37,478 nt of DNA from a virus: positions 1 to 37,478 of the IMG/VR virus record IMGVR_UViG_3300045988_150188; one strand, 5' to 3'. The stretch's first letter is position 1. Every line of letters starts with the position of its first letter. Made by a program: the position numbers and the translations under genes. A model generated the notes under the pieces. It had not been told where the DNA came from. It did not search any database and saw nothing but the letters and a program-made list of their open reading frames with translations. Below, piece by piece: positions 35,486-37,478 of this stretch.

Positions 35486-35721
35486 CAGGCGTCACCGTCC
35501 ATCTGCTTGAGCATGGCCTTGGCCTTGACGCCGGTGATCCATCCCTTCCCGCATGTGCCGGGTGCGATGGCGAGTTCCTTGGATGCCACCATCTTGAGCA
35601 TCAGGGACGATGCAATGGAGCGGTCGATGCCGAGGTGGTCCATGATCTCCTGCTGTGTGTGGGCCGTCTCGCAGTACGAGAGGATGCGGTCTTTCAGCTG
35701 GGTGACGGTCGCCTCGGTCAC
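35485..35721 (-). CDS. winged-helix-like protein (78 aa)
   Basis: GTG with GGGAGGCGATAGA junction. ...TQQEIMDHLGIDRSIASSLMLKMV... Confidence 0.5.
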   Translation of the reverse strand: MTEATVTQLKDRILSYCETAHTQQEIMDHLGIDRSIASSLMLKMVASKELAIAPGTCGKGWITGVKAKAMLKQMDGDA

Positions 35722-35930
35722 TCTATCGCCTCCCAAACACGGGTGGGCTTGGAGGTCTTGGGGGCCTTCCGAATCTCCTTGACGCGGACCCTGCCGGCTT
35801 CGACAAGGATGTGGATCGTGTTGAGGATTGAATCGTAGTTGGACCGGGGGATGCGGTCGACCATCTCGCTGATGGTGGCGGGTCCCTCGGCGAGGGCGGC
35901 CATGACCAGTGGCTCGTAGATCGCGCTCAT
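35718..35930 (-). CDS. winged-helix regulator paralog (70 aa)
   Basis: ...TISEMVDRIPRSNYDSILNTIHILVEAGRV...VWEAIE. Confidence 0.55.
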   Translation of the reverse strand: MSAIYEPLVMAALAEGPATISEMVDRIPRSNYDSILNTIHILVEAGRVRVKEIRKAPKTSKPTRVWEAIE

Positions 35931-36130
35931 TCGATGACCTCCCAGATCGGAGCATATGCGTAGGGGGTCAGCCTCTCGAAACGGAGGATCCTCGCTTCTC
36001 CGCGCGCCTCCATCCTGCGGAGCGCACGACGGACTCCGTTCTCGGATGCGCGAGGGATGCGGGCCACAATCTGCCTGACGCTCCCGGGACCCTGCTTGAG
36101 GGCCTCGCGGACGTCCTCCTCGTAGGTCAT
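35927..36130 (-). CDS. winged-helix regulator paralog (67 aa)
   Basis: ...SVRQIVARIPRASENGVRRALRRMEARGE...IWEVIE. Confidence 0.55.
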   Translation of the reverse strand: MTYEEDVREALKQGPGSVRQIVARIPRASENGVRRALRRMEARGEARILRFERLTPYAYAPIWEVIE

Positions 36131-36264
36131 TCCGCTCCCTCCTGCCATGATGCGATCAGGTCGCAGGGACAATGCCTCGGGATCATCTCCGCATCCTCGG
36201 TGACCATCTCGCACGCTCCGCCGTCGTCGTGACAGCGGTTGCACGTCCAGACGTGGATCCTCAT
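36127..36264 (-). CDS. zinc-ribbon mini-protein (45 aa)
   Basis: CNRC...CPC. GGAGGA SD with a 6-nt spacer. Confidence 0.45.
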   Translation of the reverse strand: MRIHVWTCNRCHDDGGACEMVTEDAEMIPRHCPCDLIASWQEGAE

Positions 36265-36467
36265 GGACGGTCCTCCGGTGTCGCACCGCAGAACGGGCAG
36301 GACCGGATCGTCATGCCCTTGCGGGGATTGTCGGTCATGCGGAGCATCAGCTGGCCCTTGGTGCCGGTGTAGACCTGTCCACGCAGGACGCAGACGTCCA
36401 TGTCGCGGCAACATGCGGCGATGCCGGTCTTGGTGACGGCCAGACGGCCGTCGTAGGTGGCTGTCAT
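36261..36467 (-). CDS. Cys-containing small protein (68 aa)
   Basis: ATGA overlap. CPFCG motif. Confidence 0.45.
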   Translation of the reverse strand: MTATYDGRLAVTKTGIAACCRDMDVCVLRGQVYTGTKGQLMLRMTDNPRKGMTIRSCPFCGATPEDRP

Positions 36468-36719
36468 AGGTTGTGCCCCCATTGGTTGACGGTCGGCTCC
36501 CCGTCGCCGAGCCATACGGTCTTGAGCGGTGCCACGACTCCGGATGCGGAGACGATGGAGATCTTGCACCATGCCTCGGGCTTGATGCCCCGGCGGTCGC
36601 ACTCGGCGAGGATGTCCGACATGCGGTCCTCGATGCGCTGCTGGTCGCTGGCGACCTTGATCTTGATCGAGTCTGCGCCGTAGGGCGTCACGAGGTAGCG
36701 AGAGATCTTGGAGTTCACT
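36464..36719 (-). CDS. hypothetical protein (~84 aa)
   Basis: GTGA overlap. Confidence 0.45.
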
Positions 36720-36939
36720 CGACCACGCTCCTGATCAGGCGGCGGGGGCGGTGGTTGCCGGATGTGGCCACGTTGGTGATGTAACCGCGGACTTGCAGGT
36801 AGTCGCATGCGCTCTTGACGCGCCTGTGGGTGATGCCGGTGGCATCCGCGATCTCCTGCGTGGTCTTGCCGGGGTACATCGTGATATGATCGAGGACGCG
36901 GTACCTGATGCTCGTCGCGTCGGACTCGAATGGGATCAT
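36715..36939 (-). CDS. winged-helix regulator (74 aa)
   Basis: RYRVLDHI...TTQEIADATGITHRRVKSACDYLQVRGYI. Confidence 0.55.
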   Translation of the reverse strand: MIPFESDATSIRYRVLDHITMYPGKTTQEIADATGITHRRVKSACDYLQVRGYITNVATSGNHRPRRLIRSVVE

Positions 36940-37094
36940 TCGTACTCCTCCAACGGCTTCCAGTCGGTGACGTCGATGAAATCGCCCCTTGCGGCGCACG
37001 CGGGCGCGAACTCGTCCGTGTAGCTGCCGTCCTCCTGCGCGTCGTGGAGGTATCTCTGCCAGCCGAAGGCATGGCGCGTGGTCCACATGACCAT
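36936..37094 (-). CDS. small hypothetical protein (52 aa)
   Basis: GGGAGGGAG SD. Confidence 0.4.
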   Translation of the reverse strand: MVMWTTRHAFGWQRYLHDAQEDGSYTDEFAPACAARGDFIDVTDWKPLEEYE

Positions 37095-37285
37095 CAGGCT
37101 CCCTCCCTCGTGACCCATGCGGTGACGATGCCTTCCTCCGAGGTGGTGCCGAGGATCGTCCATCCGAACCTCCGCAGCTTGTCCACCTCGGCCAGGAACT
37201 CGGTGTGGTCGTCCGTCTTGCCGTAGGTCTCCGCGAACGGCTGGGTGACGATCGAGTTCCACACGGCGACGATTTCGTACCTCAT
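37094..37285 (-). CDS. small hypothetical protein (63 aa)
   Basis: ATG with GGAGGGAG SD. MRYEIVAVWNS... Confidence 0.45.
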   Translation of the reverse strand: MRYEIVAVWNSIVTQPFAETYGKTDDHTEFLAEVDKLRRFGWTILGTTSEEGIVTAWVTREGA

Positions 37286-37431
37286 GCGTACTCCCTCCTG
37301 CGGAGCCAGGCATCGCGTTCCTTTCTGGCCGCGTCCCTGCGCATGGCTTCGATGCGTGCTTCCTCGGCCTCGATCTCCGCCTTGTACTCGTCGGAGTACT
37401 CGGTGTCGACGATGGCCCTGCATCCGGGCAT
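37282..37431 (-). CDS. small charged coiled-coil protein (~49 aa). Its start lies in the terminal repeat.
   Basis: High-GC3 frame MPGCRAIVDTEYSDEYKAEIEAEEARIEAMRRDAARKERDAWLRRREYA. ATGA overlap with the next gene. Confidence 0.35.
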   Translation of the reverse strand: MPGCRAIVDTEYSDEYKAEIEAEEARIEAMRRDAARKERDAWLRRREYA

Positions 37432-37478
37432 GCGTGGCTGATGACGGTGCGTCCGCACATGGCGAGCCTCGATCCGAG
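37424..37478. repeat. 3' copy of the 55-bp terminal direct repeat
   Basis: Exact copy of bases 1-55. ORFs continue in frame across the junction. Confidence 0.9.

Noticed and set aside
82-37460. GTG at 85 with a perfect copy of the GGAGGG-ATCGCA-GTG junction, suggesting a gene that wraps across the circular junction
   Set aside because: Only ~28 codons look coding before the frame becomes P/R/S/T-rich junk. The adjacent frame (37282-37431) carries the coding signal. Treated as a duplicated junction remnant.
1-37478. CRISPR array or other interspaced repeats
   Set aside because: Searched for regularly spaced direct repeats. The only recurrent elements are the promoter cassette (3-5 copies, kb apart), the 55-bp repeat (2 copies) and gene-junction k-mers. 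None is CRISPR-like.

Overview
Read as a virus, this window is a complete, circularly closed genome of about 37.4 kb from a tailed, HK97-like virus or provirus of roughly 60% GC. The first 55 bp recur at the 3' end, which is what marks the closure. Every credible gene is on the minus strand; the plus-strand ORFs are antisense artefacts of high GC. Reading along the minus strand from high to low coordinate, the layout is as follows.

- **Early region (about 37430 down to 28446):** some 40 tightly packed small genes, many overlapping by ATGA/GTGA and each preceded by a GGAGG Shine-Dalgarno sequence. It includes a family of at least eight paralogous ~70-aa winged-helix regulators and about a dozen Cys-rich zinc-ribbon proteins.
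- **Boundary at 28286-28440:** a hairpin/T-tract terminator and a conserved TATA-containing promoter motif.
- **Late module:** terminase small and large subunits, SPP1-type portal, Mu-F-like minor head protein, scaffold, HK97-fold major capsid protein, connector, head-closure, HK97-gp10-like protein, major tail protein, chaperone-like ORFs, tape measure protein, distal tail proteins, an Ig-like protein, two Gly-rich fibres, and others.
- **Accessory/lysogeny region (7400 down to 2400):** a membrane protein with CCC motifs, a surface protein with Listeria-Bacteroides (Flg_new) repeats, small acidic proteins, a GNAT pseudogene, and a 55-bp duplicated TATA-rich promoter.
- **Integrase (1256-2158):** a tyrosine integrase flanked by CA/TG alternating tracts.

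The same roughly 35-60 bp promoter element (GGGGTATAAAAACGAAATTC on the plus strand, i.e. a TATA box read on the minus strand) occurs three times exactly and twice as variants, always in front of late or accessory operons. Together with SD-led genes and the adhesin-like Flg_new protein, this points, as an inference, to an archaeal host, perhaps a gut Methanomassiliicoccales-like methanogen. A high-GC bacterial host cannot be excluded from sequence alone.

Function calls rest on motif and family recognition by eye; no database search was run. My own base numbering drifts by about 1 nt near the 3' end relative to the supplied ORF table.
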